Assembly (NCBI GenBank): GCA_964474435.1
Contig: CAYYSI010000001.1
Coordinates: 270,835-334,834, forward strand
Direction of reading: 5' to 3'
Origin: an uncultured Candidatus Saccharibacteria bacterium
GTDB lineage: Bacteria > Patescibacteriota > Minisyncoccia > Phycocordibacterales > UBA9973
Length of the DNA: 64,000 nt
Part shown: in pieces, positions 10,069 through 19,802 of the stretch
Position numbering within the stretch: position 1 is the stretch's first letter
Layout of the letters: the number at the start of each line of letters is the position of its first letter
Program-made: the position numbers and the translations under genes
The notes under the pieces: generated by a model
What the model saw: only the letters and a program-made list of their open reading frames with translations
Database searches by the model: none
Told to the model about the DNA's origin: nothing

Positions 10069-10581
10069 CTATAGCGCTACTATCTTCATATCTTGCACAA
10101 TTTCGGACCCCCTAGTGATAATTCTTTCTCCAATCTGACCCCAATAAAAATATTTTTTGTAATCTTTTGGATCAATAAGTTTAATTTCAGTTACTGTTCC
10201 AGCTGGGTCAGACTCGAAATCTCCTAGAGGTTCCACTATACAGGCATATCGAAGTTGGTAGATAAAGCTTTGGTCTTTAAGGTTAATTACTTTTTGATAA
10301 CCTATTGGTTTAAAAGAAATTATTTTCATATTTGATTCTTCTTGAACCTCTCTTCGAAGGGTTTGTTCAAAAGTTTCATTTTTTTCAATTCTTCCTCCTA
10401 TCAAACCCCAACTTTTACCATTACCGCCAAAATACCCAAAAGCAACAATCAGTTTGTCTTTGTAAAAACAAACTCCGTATGTTTGCTTGCATTTCTCATA
10501 TTCAAGATTGTCGAAATTATCAGCATCTTGATACTCAAATACATATTCTGGTTCAGCTCTAAATGGTTCAGTTATCTTCAT
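10069..10581 (-). CDS. NUDIX hydrolase
   Basis: GGRIEKNETFEQTLRREVQEESN Nudix box. Confidence 0.9.
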   Translation of the reverse strand: MKITEPFRAEPEYVFEYQDADNFDNLEYEKCKQTYGVCFYKDKLIVAFGYFGGNGKSWGLIGGRIEKNETFEQTLRREVQEESNMKIISFKPIGYQKVINLKDQSFIYQLRYACIVEPLGDFESDPAGTVTEIKLIDPKDYKKYFYWGQIGERIITRGSEIVQDMKIVAL

Positions 10582-10590
10582 AGTTATTGC

Positions 10591-11580
10591 TTAGATCCTG
10601 AATTCAATCACATCCCCGTCCGTCACGATATATTCTTTGCCTTCTGTGCGGACTTTGCCGCGGGACTTTGCTTCGGCATAGCTTCCTGACTCGATGAGAT
10701 CAGTGTATGCAACGACTTCGGCGCGGATGAATTTATCTTTGAAGTCTGTATGGATCGCAGTACCAGCGATCGGCGCAGTGCTGCCTACCTGTATCGTCCA
10801 CGCGCGACTCTCGTCTGCCCCAGTCGTAAAGAATGTTTCAAGTCCGAGAAGTTTGTACGCCTCGACGATCAGATCATCAAATCCTTTTTCAAATACACTA
10901 TCGATCCTTACAAACGGACCAGGTACTGCGAACTCCACATTTTCATTTGCTTCAGACGTGTTGAGCACATAGAGCATTGGTTTGAGCGTGAGGAGGTTGA
11001 GTGATTTGATCTTGAACTTTTCTTCATCAGTGAGCCCGACCGTGCTTGCGAGCTGCCCTGCTTCGAGAGCGGTATTTATTTTTTGCACGATAGAGTCTTC
11101 GTAGATTGCATCCTTATCGCCTTTCTTTACGTCCTTGGCGAGTGTTCCAATACGTTTGGATATAATCTCCATATCAGAGAGAATGAGCTCAAGGTTGATG
11201 ACGTCGATGTCAGAGAGTGGATTGATAGCATTTGCAACATGGATCACTGATGGGTCTTGGAAGACACGCACGACGTGTGCGATCGCATCAACTTCACGGA
11301 TGTTGGTGAGGAATTTATTGCCCAAACCTTCGCCCTTCGACGCTCCTGCCACCAGTCCTGCAATGTCGACGAACTCAATCGCTGCAGGAATCGTCTTGGC
11401 ACTCTGTGAAAAGTCTGAGAGCTTTTGCAAACGCTCATCTGGTACTGGCACGATACCCACACTTGGATCGATCGTACAAAATGGATAGTTCTCTGCCGGC
11501 ACTGACTTCTTGGTCAACGCATTAAACAACGTCGATTTGCCGACGTTTGGAAGCCCGACGATGCCTATAGATAAACTCAT
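10591..11580 (-). CDS. ychF: Ribosome-binding ATPase YchF
   Basis: GIVGLPNVGKSTLFNALT, NYPFCTIDP, DIAGLV, GEGLGNKFL, EGKEYIVTDGDV. Confidence 0.96.
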   Translation of the reverse strand: MSLSIGIVGLPNVGKSTLFNALTKKSVPAENYPFCTIDPSVGIVPVPDERLQKLSDFSQSAKTIPAAIEFVDIAGLVAGASKGEGLGNKFLTNIREVDAIAHVVRVFQDPSVIHVANAINPLSDIDVINLELILSDMEIISKRIGTLAKDVKKGDKDAIYEDSIVQKINTALEAGQLASTVGLTDEEKFKIKSLNLLTLKPMLYVLNTSEANENVEFAVPGPFVRIDSVFEKGFDDLIVEAYKLLGLETFFTTGADESRAWTIQVGSTAPIAGTAIHTDFKDKFIRAEVVAYTDLIESGSYAEAKSRGKVRTEGKEYIVTDGDVIEFRI

Positions 11581-11661
11581 AGGTTTGGATAATACCAGAT
11601 TTGGGCAAATAAAAAAACCGCCTTTTTATCAGCGGTTAATTTCATAATAATTCTAACACTG

Positions 11662-12117
11662 TTAGACACCCAGTTGAGATTCGAAGAAATTCTCTTTTAC
11701 CTTTTCTTTTTCATCGCCGTCAATTTCATTAAATAACCAAAAAAATGTTTTCTTTCTACCAGGCACGTTGGCATAGTGCTTTTTTGTAATTTCACGATCC
11801 CGAATGGTTGCATGTCCATCAAAGTAAAGATCAATCAACTTCATCTTACCTCTATGATAGTAGCAAAAAATATTATGTCCTATTTGCAAAGAACAATGCA
11901 TCCTTGGCTCTTCTCCAAAATATTCCCTAACCTCACGAAATACTCGTTTGGTTATTTTTTTGGAGTCAGTGAGGTTTTTGTCATCCGAAAGAAGTTGATT
12001 GATCCACTTTTGAACCAATCGCCTTCCTTTAAACATATAGAGGGAATATTGTGCTGAGAATTCTGGACTTCCTTTTAAAAATAAAGCCCATAACTTGCCT
12101 TTTGTTTTTATAAGCAT
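11662..12117 (-). CDS. Hypothetical AT-rich orphan protein
   Basis: ORF with divergent promoter and terminator hairpin ~11613-11637. Confidence 0.6.
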   Translation of the reverse strand: MLIKTKGKLWALFLKGSPEFSAQYSLYMFKGRRLVQKWINQLLSDDKNLTDSKKITKRVFREVREYFGEEPRMHCSLQIGHNIFCYYHRGKMKLIDLYFDGHATIRDREITKKHYANVPGRKKTFFWLFNEIDGDEKEKVKENFFESQLGV

Positions 12118-12138
12118 AAAGAACTGTTTTAGGTTTTT

Positions 12139-12184
12139 ATAGTACCATATTAAGCTTGACTAGTCAATACATTTGTGCTATACT
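12139..12184. promoter_or_regulatory. Divergent promoter pair sharing palindrome TTGACTAGTCAA
   Basis: + strand TTGACT(12156)-17-TATACT(12179); - strand TTGACT(12167)-17-TACTAT(12144). Confidence 0.7.
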
Positions 12185-12236
12185 ACATTAAACCAAAAAC
12201 TGGGAGGAGCTGACCCAGAGACAAACAGCAAGTACT

Positions 12237-12620
12237 ATGGCAAATGAATTAATAATCAGGGTTTCAAAGAAAAGAACAGTAAACAATAACTTTTCTTTTA
12301 ATTTCGACACCAACCTTCCCTCTAACGCTCACAGTGTTCAGTTGCCTGAATCTGGGATACTTCCAGAAACAGAAAGTGTAGAACGTGAGGTTATCGAGCA
12401 GCAAGTGAAAAGTACGCTTGATGTGATATTTTGTTTAGCAAAAAGTCATTTCAATGCAACAGGTGCAATGAGGTTTAAATTACTATTTAGTGATAAATAT
12501 GTTGGAACTGGTCTCATTGCTGTTGGTGAACAAAGGATTGAAACCCATAGAGAAATATCAATTCCAATGTTAGGAACAGAAGCATCATTTATATTTTGCT
12601 GTATGCCTAATCGTTGTTAA
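12237..12620 (+). CDS. Hypothetical orphan protein
   Basis: ORF downstream of the + promoter. Confidence 0.55.
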   Translation: MANELIIRVSKKRTVNNNFSFNFDTNLPSNAHSVQLPESGILPETESVEREVIEQQVKSTLDVIFCLAKSHFNATGAMRFKLLFSDKYVGTGLIAVGEQRIETHREISIPMLGTEASFIFCCMPNRC

Positions 12621-12729
12621 AGTGATAAATAAGGGATGTGAACAATAGTAGCATCCCTTCATTATTCAGTTCATAACTTCGGTTATGGGTTGATTGTGAA
12701 ATACATTCGTTCATTCAAAAGTCTAAATA

Positions 12730-13257
12730 ATGGAGCAAATATTCAAATTCTGTTACCACAACTGGTACATATTCTTCACTGGAATTATCTTCACTTACCT
12801 TGCAGTATTCCCTTTTTTAAGATCAAGAATACCGCAAATAAGATTACTGGGACTTATTGCGATGCTTTGGCCGCTCGGTAAAGTTTTGCAGTACACGCAC
12901 TTTGGGAGTACCCTTATTAGAAGCTACATATCAGATATTGGGTTTGCAACAGCTCTAGGACTTTTTATCGCCTACAGATTTCTTGCTGAAATAAAATCCT
13001 ATTCGTCCAATCGGTATGAATTCAGGGTAAACCTTAAGTTGAGTCTACTATACGGCATAAGCATAGGTTTCTTCTTTGCGGTATTGATAGAAGGGGCTCA
13101 GATGATAATGGACTATTTCAACTACCAGAAGGTTGGACATCTATCTCAGGGAGCACGTGGAGACATAAACGACATGGTTGTATATCTCCTTTCCACTATG
13201 GTTTCCATAGTGATAGTGCAACATATCGATGTATGTCCGAGATTGAAGCAAGCTTAG
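12730..13257 (+). CDS. Hypothetical multi-pass membrane protein
   Basis: 4-5 hydrophobic helices, GDINDMVVY motif. Confidence 0.65.
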   Translation: MEQIFKFCYHNWYIFFTGIIFTYLAVFPFLRSRIPQIRLLGLIAMLWPLGKVLQYTHFGSTLIRSYISDIGFATALGLFIAYRFLAEIKSYSSNRYEFRVNLKLSLLYGISIGFFFAVLIEGAQMIMDYFNYQKVGHLSQGARGDINDMVVYLLSTMVSIVIVQHIDVCPRLKQA

Positions 13258-13309
13258 CAGAAAATACCAGGACAAAAAATTTAAAGCCAACCAGAAACGG
13301 TTGGCTTTT

Positions 13310-13612
13310 TTACTTCCCCATCAACTTCATCAGCGGTGCAAGCTCATCGCGATATTTTGCGATTTCTGCCTTATGCTTTTCCATGACGGATACTGCGGCG
13401 TACATTTCTGCCATACCTCCTTTTTTCTTTTCTTCGATTTCTTTTTGGATCGTTTCAAAGAGTGCTTTGACTTCTGTATTGGATTCAAGGGCCTTTAAAC
13501 TTGCGGCAAGTTCAGGATTTTCTGAGAGCTGCTGTGCAATAGCCTCAGCCTGATCTTTCGGGACCCCCTTCATTTGGAGGGTTTTTTTGATGAAAAATGA
13601 TTTGATTCCCAT
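13310..13612 (-). CDS. Hypothetical helical protein
   Basis: Clean ORF with host-like composition. Confidence 0.7.
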   Translation of the reverse strand: MGIKSFFIKKTLQMKGVPKDQAEAIAQQLSENPELAASLKALESNTEVKALFETIQKEIEEKKKGGMAEMYAAVSVMEKHKAEIAKYRDELAPLMKLMGK

Positions 13613-13686
13613 AGAGCCTTACTATACCCCGCCGGTATGTTTTTATCAAACCTGGCGGGCGGGCAAAAAAGGGCTATACTCACACT

Positions 13687-14265
13687 ATGACCCCATCCGA
13701 AGGACTCCTAGAGCTCCATGAACACTGGGCCGCACTCAATACTTGTGAACTAAAGGCGACAGCAAGCCGTGCAGTCTTTGGCAATGGGAACGCTCAAGCA
13801 GATGTCGTATTCATCGGCGAAGCACCTGGCAAGAAAGAAGATGAAACTGGGATACCATTCGTCGGTGCTGCAGGCAAGTTCCTAAATGAAATGCTCGAAA
13901 GTATCGGCATGGTCCGCGACGACATCTATATCACCAACATCGTCAAATACCGCCCACCCAACAACCGCGATCCAGAGCCCGCAGAAAAAGAGGCTTGCAA
14001 GGAATGGCTCCATGCTGAGCTCGACTTCATCAACCCCAAACTCATAGTGTTTCTCGGGCGACACTCGATGAATCATTTCTTTCCCACTGAAAAGATATCT
14101 GATGTGCACGGCAAATTACTCGTGAAGAAATTCCCCGGTATCACTACCACTCATTTCCTGCCGCTGTATCACCCCGCAGCCGCACTCTACAATGGCGGCC
14201 TCCGCGACGAACTTATGCATGATTTCAAAAAGATACCGTTGGCATTGAAGAAAATTGGGGAATAA
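13687..14265 (+). CDS. Uracil-DNA glycosylase family 4
   Basis: [38 protein letters not shown]. Confidence 0.93.
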   Translation: MTPSEGLLELHEHWAALNTCELKATASRAVFGNGNAQADVVFIGEAPGKKEDETGIPFVGAAGKFLNEMLESIGMVRDDIYITNIVKYRPPNNRDPEPAEKEACKEWLHAELDFINPKLIVFLGRHSMNHFFPTEKISDVHGKLLVKKFPGITTTHFLPLYHPAAALYNGGLRDELMHDFKKIPLALKKIGE

Positions 14266-14302
14266 AAAATGTGGAAATGAATTTCATTTCCACATCATTA
14301 AT

Positions 14303-15082
14303 CTACTTTACTTCGAAAGAACTGTACACTTCATCTCTTTTTCTTGCTCTGCGCTCTGGACTGGTTGCATTCAACACTCTTTGCCAACTGAGCACAAGGC
14401 GTTGGCGCAAAGGAGCTTTCACTACCTTTTTCTTTACCCGTGGTATTTGTTCAACCGGATAAAATGTTCCCTTACTAGGAGTCTTTTCTGGTAACCCATT
14501 AGGAAACGCACTTTCTCTGTTGGAGGGGATTGTTTTCGTACGCAAGAATCCTGCGGTTGGTATTAATTTCTCACGCACACCTGAAGTGCTTTGATAAAAA
14601 ATCACTCCCTGTGAGGACTGTTCTTCTTCCTGATGTTTAAGTTCTTCTTTTTTTAGGAAAACTTTTTCAAACCCAGCAGATTCTTTTGAGACTGATACTT
14701 CCATAGAATCAAAAAGTTTTTTTACTTCCTTCATTGACTGTGTCTTCCCTATGGTACGAGTACCATCAGGTCCGGTGATATCAAGCTCTTCAACCTGCAG
14801 TTCTGCTTTATAAAACTCAACAGCATCATATTTTGCAATGAAGTTACCATTTCTTTTTATAAAGATAATCTGATCAATTGGAGGGAGCCCTTTGCCTTTG
14901 ATATCAGCACATTGAATAAATTCAACACTCTTTCGTGGCGTAAATGTCACAAAGGTAAGTTCGTCTTTTTCAACTATGGTAATATCAAATTTCTTTAGCG
15001 ATGCTCTCAGTGAAAGTAAGGTGTAGTAATACAGAAATAGGCCAGAGACTGACGAAAGTTCTTTTTGTTGTTCAATTATCAT
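14303..15082 (-). CDS. Hypothetical orphan protein
   Basis: 259 aa ORF; TTGACT-16-TATAAT promoter upstream. Confidence 0.65.
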   Translation of the reverse strand: MIIEQQKELSSVSGLFLYYYTLLSLRASLKKFDITIVEKDELTFVTFTPRKSVEFIQCADIKGKGLPPIDQIIFIKRNGNFIAKYDAVEFYKAELQVEELDITGPDGTRTIGKTQSMKEVKKLFDSMEVSVSKESAGFEKVFLKKEELKHQEEEQSSQGVIFYQSTSGVREKLIPTAGFLRTKTIPSNRESAFPNGLPEKTPSKGTFYPVEQIPRVKKKVVKAPLRQRLVLSWQRVLNATSPERRARKRDEVYSSFEVK

Positions 15083-15132
15083 AGTGCTTAGTTTTTCAGC
15101 ATTATACTGAAACGCACCAAATAGTCAATACA

Positions 15133-15888
15133 CTACAGCTTCTTGAGTTCCAGTGCCAAAAACATTGGGAATTCTTTGCGGGCAGTGTCTTCGGCGGCCT
15201 GTTTGGGGCCTGGTTGTGATTTCTTGTGCGAAATCCATTCTTCCATTCCAGTTATAACGAATCCGGCGGCCTTAAACGCCTTGGCATACCATTGGAGCGA
15301 GCGATGAAAAGTGGTTGTCGTATCCTTTTTGGCACCTTTGAAGGGTGAGAGCTCGATAGGTATAGATATTTCTGAAAGGTACTTTTCTACTTTGCGATAT
15401 TGCACCGCCTTTTTGCTGTCATAGCCCCAGTCAGAGTGCTGTGGGATGCGAAATGCTGGATGAAGCATGACAAGGACAAACTTCCCTTCCTTTTTCAAAG
15501 CACTTGCGACTCCAGTGAGCACTGCGCCAATATTTTTTATATTTTCAAATGCGAGAACGCTATATGCAGTATCAAACGATTTCAATTTCAATGCATCGAT
15601 CTTTTCTGCATTGCCGACGACGTACGTTTCGTCCTCCCCTTTTCGTTCAATTGCTTTTGCAATGAGCTCTGCCGATTGATCAAACCCCACAACACTCGCA
15701 CCTATTTTTGCAACAAGACGTGCAAAATACCCTTGTCCACAGGCAACATCAAGGACTCGGTCGCCTGATTTCAACGCGAGCATACGCATGAGGTTGGGTG
15801 CAATGACTTTTTCTTGGTAGGTATCACTTCCATTTTCGAGATAGCCGTCATACCAACTCGCGACATTGTCCCAGTGCGTGTTATTCAT
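15133..15888 (-). CDS. Class I SAM-dependent methyltransferase
   Basis: VLDVACGQG motif I; start MNNTHW overlaps upstream stop. Confidence 0.9.
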   Translation of the reverse strand: MNNTHWDNVASWYDGYLENGSDTYQEKVIAPNLMRMLALKSGDRVLDVACGQGYFARLVAKIGASVVGFDQSAELIAKAIERKGEDETYVVGNAEKIDALKLKSFDTAYSVLAFENIKNIGAVLTGVASALKKEGKFVLVMLHPAFRIPQHSDWGYDSKKAVQYRKVEKYLSEISIPIELSPFKGAKKDTTTTFHRSLQWYAKAFKAAGFVITGMEEWISHKKSQPGPKQAAEDTARKEFPMFLALELKKL

Positions 15889-17149
15889 ACGTAGATCCAT
15901 TATCGAGCGCGCATCCACCTTTGATCTTGCGATACTTCTTTCCTTTTTGAAATACTGCAAAGACATGTCGCAGTGGCACAATGTGTGTGAAGTATCTAAA
16001 GTCGATCATACTGCGCAGTATCCATGGGATCCATCCAGTCATCACGAAATTTTTGTAGTTCACAATCGCCCAGTTCACGCCGATCGGGATCACAAATGTC
16101 GGACGCTCAGGAATATATATTGGCGTTTTCTTCCCTTTGATGAGTCGATGAATGACTCGAGCGATGAATGCACCGTGTGTGATAGCTGTTTGTGCGAGAC
16201 CGCTGTACATCGTTGCAGCGCCGTCTCCTGCGATAAATATGTGATTGTCTGATGGAAGCGAGAGGTCACTCGATACAACAACTCGCTTGCGCTCATCAAA
16301 TGTTGCCCCAGGAATGGTTGTGTATGCAGTGTTGATACGTGTGCCCGCAGTCCAGACGACCGTGTGAGACGACATCGACATGTCTTTGAGTATGACTTCT
16401 TCGACTTCTTGGGATGCGAGTGCGCGATTGACGAAGATGTTGACACCCATTTTACGCAGACGTGCTTCGGCCTTTTCAGAAACTTTGGGAGGAAGTGTCG
16501 GAAGTACGCGGTTATTCGCTTCGATAAGGTCGATCGTCACGAGGCTTGGATCAACGTTGAAGTCGGTCGCTACACGCGTGAGGTATGATCGCAAATCTCC
16601 AGCAAGCTCAACCCCTGATGGACCACCTCCGACAATGAGCACGTGCAGCATTGAAACCAACTCATCCTTAGTCAGATCTTTTGCATGTGCAAAGAGTTCA
16701 CAAAAATGTGCTTTTAGTTTAAGTGCAGCAGAAACAGATTTGAAACTGTATGAAAGCTCGGGCAAGCCTTTGATATTGAAAAAGTTGGTTTCGCTCCCAA
16801 GTGCGAGCACGAGATAATCGTACTTCACTTCACTCGTCATTCCTGCAGCATCTTTGGTCATGATGACTTGTCGAGTTTGGTCAACACCAGTGTACTCGGC
16901 TTCAATGATTTGAAACTTCTTTGCAGTATTTTTTTGTGGGAAGATAACGTCTAATGGAACTGAAACTTCGATTGGGAGTGCTCCGGTCACGAGCTTGTAC
17001 AGCGCGGGATAGTATTCAAAAAGCGGCTTTTTTGTAACGAGAACAATCTCGACGGGCGTATGGGATTCTTGGAGTGTTTTGATCAGTTCAATACCTGCAA
17101 ATCCGCTTCCAACAACGACGACTCTGGCCCGACTTTCTGGTGATTTCAT
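15881..17149 (-). CDS. ndh: Type II NADH dehydrogenase-like FAD oxidoreductase
   Basis: VVVGSGFAG, YDYLVLALGS, IVGGGPSGVELAG, VWTAG, IFIAGD. Confidence 0.85.
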   Translation of the reverse strand: MKSPESRARVVVVGSGFAGIELIKTLQESHTPVEIVLVTKKPLFEYYPALYKLVTGALPIEVSVPLDVIFPQKNTAKKFQIIEAEYTGVDQTRQVIMTKDAAGMTSEVKYDYLVLALGSETNFFNIKGLPELSYSFKSVSAALKLKAHFCELFAHAKDLTKDELVSMLHVLIVGGGPSGVELAGDLRSYLTRVATDFNVDPSLVTIDLIEANNRVLPTLPPKVSEKAEARLRKMGVNIFVNRALASQEVEEVILKDMSMSSHTVVWTAGTRINTAYTTIPGATFDERKRVVVSSDLSLPSDNHIFIAGDGAATMYSGLAQTAITHGAFIARVIHRLIKGKKTPIYIPERPTFVIPIGVNWAIVNYKNFVMTGWIPWILRSMIDFRYFTHIVPLRHVFAVFQKGKKYRKIKGGCALDNGSTYE

Positions 17150-17193
17150 GACCTCTAGTATAGCCTGCGAGCCCGATCGTGTATACTTGTAAG

Positions 17194-17742
17194 GTGGAAC
17201 GCTCCCAATCGTCACAAGAGAAGACTGATCCAAGACAACAAGATCTCGACAAGGAAGCGTTATTTTTGGGGTTTATCAAGGACTTCCAAGACGCAATCTT
17301 CCGATTTGTATACTTTCGGGTAGGTACTCGTGCTGTCGCAGTCGACATCACCCAAGACACCTTTACCAAGGTCTGGAGCTATCTAGCTTCGGGCAAGGAT
17401 ATACAGTATCCGGAGGCATTTTTATACCGAGCGGCGAAAAACGCGCTTGTCGATTATTACAAAAAGGCTAAAAGCGGTTCGCTCGACACCATGCTCGAGG
17501 GAGGGTTTGATCCGGCATCTCACAAAGATACCGACGAGATCCTCCGAGAAGACGACATCCAAAGCATTCGGACAATCCTCGAAGACCTGGATGAAGAAAG
17601 TCGTCAAATCATCTTTCTCCGATATACCGAAGAAAAGCCGATCGAAGAAATCGCGGATCTCTATGGCAAAAGCGTGAATGCCATGACGGTGCAGATACAT
17701 CGCATCATCAAAAAACTCCGTACCCAATACAATGAAGTATAA
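17194..17742 (+). CDS. ECF RNA polymerase sigma factor
   Basis: DITQDTFTKVW, FLYRAAKNALVDYYK (region 2), EEIADLYGKSVNAMTVQIHR (region 4); start uncertain. Confidence 0.9.
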   Translation: MERSQSSQEKTDPRQQDLDKEALFLGFIKDFQDAIFRFVYFRVGTRAVAVDITQDTFTKVWSYLASGKDIQYPEAFLYRAAKNALVDYYKKAKSGSLDTMLEGGFDPASHKDTDEILREDDIQSIRTILEDLDEESRQIIFLRYTEEKPIEEIADLYGKSVNAMTVQIHRIIKKLRTQYNEV

Positions 17743-18466
17743 TTTTGAACAATTGAACAGACTCAAATCCCTCACCCTAAGCGAGGAAGAAAAAGGGCGT
17801 ATTCGATCGCACGCCGCATTTGTGATCATGAACACTCCGGCATCATCTCGTGCAGTACGCCCGCTCTTTCAGCGTGGGATGTATCACGGACTGCGCATTG
17901 CTCTTTCGAGCTTTGCATTCTTTCTTTTTGTGGGCGGATCAGTGTCAGCAGTCGCAGATAGTGCACTTCCTGGAGACTCACTCTACCCAGTCAAGATCGC
18001 GTTTAATGAACGTGTAAAAGAAATGTTCCAAAAGACACCCGAAGAAAAAGTGGCATATGGCACAAAGCGAGTTGAAAACCGCGTCAATGAAATCAAAACC
18101 CTTGCTGCATCAAAGACATTGACCAAAGCAAAGCAAGAAACAGTACAAAAAGCTCTTGATAGTCATATCAAAGATCTCTCGACTGATCTCAATGCACTTA
18201 GTACAACTGCACCAACTGCCGCGCTCACTGCAACAACAAACCTCGAAGAAAGTCTCAAGGCAAGTAAGGCTATCTTGGAAAAGAGTGAAGACCTCGCAGG
18301 TAAAGAAGAAGCTCTCCTCGCCGTTGATGGCACACTCCAAAAAGTTTCTGACCAAGAAGTAAAAATTATTTCAAAAGAAATCGACAGTATTGCAACTGAT
18401 GTAAACACGACAACTGTTGGCACAACCACTACAGCTCCTGCTCCGAGTACTCCTGTCGGGCCGTAA
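17732..18466 (+). CDS. Putative anti-sigma factor (DUF5667-like)
   Basis: Overlaps sigma stop; one TM segment then SALPGDSLYPVKI..E motif. Confidence 0.75.
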   Translation: MKYNFEQLNRLKSLTLSEEEKGRIRSHAAFVIMNTPASSRAVRPLFQRGMYHGLRIALSSFAFFLFVGGSVSAVADSALPGDSLYPVKIAFNERVKEMFQKTPEEKVAYGTKRVENRVNEIKTLAASKTLTKAKQETVQKALDSHIKDLSTDLNALSTTAPTAALTATTNLEESLKASKAILEKSEDLAGKEEALLAVDGTLQKVSDQEVKIISKEIDSIATDVNTTTVGTTTTAPAPSTPVGP

Positions 18467-19772
18467 TACGCTCAAGGAGTATCGACAAGCCGATAACGAA
18501 AAGCGCAACCGCACCAAATATATATGTTTTGGTGCGGTTTCGTATTGGAGTACTTTCACCTGTGCGTGCGTCGCTTGCGTTTGCAACGAGATCATCTGCT
18601 GCCACACCTGCATCAATCGGATCGTACTCAATCGTTTCAGTATTATCAGATATAGTTTTCACCACCTCCGTATTCTGATCACTTCGCGCAACTATTGAGC
18701 CTGACGGGTCAACAAGTGATGCGGTAGCAATAGACGAAATACCAAACGCAGATACGGGTATCACGACCGTTGCCTTCTCTGCGACGATTGTCATGTCAGG
18801 GATCGCAAGTTGTTTGCCGGGCACAACGACCTTCCAGCCCGTAAGGTCGACTGCAGTCGATGACGTATTTTTTATCTGGAGCGCAGTTTTGTCGAGGATG
18901 CCAAGCGATATTGCAGGTGCACTCACGACGATTTTCTTACTACCCTTCAGTGGTGCATTTTTATTGATAGCATCACTATATGCATATGATACGGTGTACG
19001 TGCCCGGATATGTATACGTGTGCGTGATGGGCGCGACAGTACGCTGCGAGATAGTCGTCCCGTCCCCCATGTTCCAATAGATACTGCCTTCGTTGAGCTG
19101 ATAGTTGTATTCAAGCAGTGGCCTTGCGTCAAATTCGTAGCTTACACCACGATATATCGTAGATGGAACAATAAATGCAATACCTGGTTTGTTGGGCGAT
19201 ACTTTGGGGATAGGATACGGATCTTCAGGGACTTCTTCTTCAGACGCATCAGGCTCATCAGAAGTGCTGGTGCCCGTAGCCTCTCCTGCCGCAGCTTTTG
19301 GCGTTGCAGCTCCCGTGATCCATTTGTCGCCATTCCATTGCATGGTGTGTTTGCTCGTTGCATCCCCTGCTGGCCAACCACCCAGATAGTTGAGTTCTTC
19401 GGCTGTAGCACCACTCGCGTCTTTGAGCACGAGGTCTTCTCCAGTGTTCGCAAACCCTCCGCCACCAAATGATCCTGATTCGTCATTGATGCCAGGTACT
19501 GCATCCGGTGCGCTTGCAGTTGTGCGCTCAAGCAAGAGATAGCTATTTGCAGCAATGCTTTTGGTAAACGTAAAGACAAGTGCGCCACCATCACCTTCGT
19601 AGAGTTTCCACCCGGCGAGGTTCACTGAACTCTGCCCATCGTTATAGAGCTCGATCCATTCACTATACTGACTACTCGCAGTGCCCATCCATGCGACTTC
19701 GGTAATCTGTACATCTGCATGTACTAGTTGAGGTACCAAAACGATACAACATGCCAAGAGAAAATATCTCAT
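18429..19772 (-). CDS. Surface protein with lamin-tail and PKD domains
   Basis: Signal peptide, ITEVAW..EWIELYN..VNLAGWKL (LTD), WNMGDG..HTYTYPGTYTV (PKD), second LTD-like VDLTGW, C-terminal TM. Confidence 0.85.
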   Translation of the reverse strand: MRYFLLACCIVLVPQLVHADVQITEVAWMGTASSQYSEWIELYNDGQSSVNLAGWKLYEGDGGALVFTFTKSIAANSYLLLERTTASAPDAVPGINDESGSFGGGGFANTGEDLVLKDASGATAEELNYLGGWPAGDATSKHTMQWNGDKWITGAATPKAAAGEATGTSTSDEPDASEEEVPEDPYPIPKVSPNKPGIAFIVPSTIYRGVSYEFDARPLLEYNYQLNEGSIYWNMGDGTTISQRTVAPITHTYTYPGTYTVSYAYSDAINKNAPLKGSKKIVVSAPAISLGILDKTALQIKNTSSTAVDLTGWKVVVPGKQLAIPDMTIVAEKATVVIPVSAFGISSIATASLVDPSGSIVARSDQNTEVVKTISDNTETIEYDPIDAGVAADDLVANASDARTGESTPIRNRTKTYIFGAVALFVIGLSILLERITARQEYSEQEL

Positions 19773-19802
19773 ACCGAAAAAGTATGACATATTGTCTTAA
19801 AA

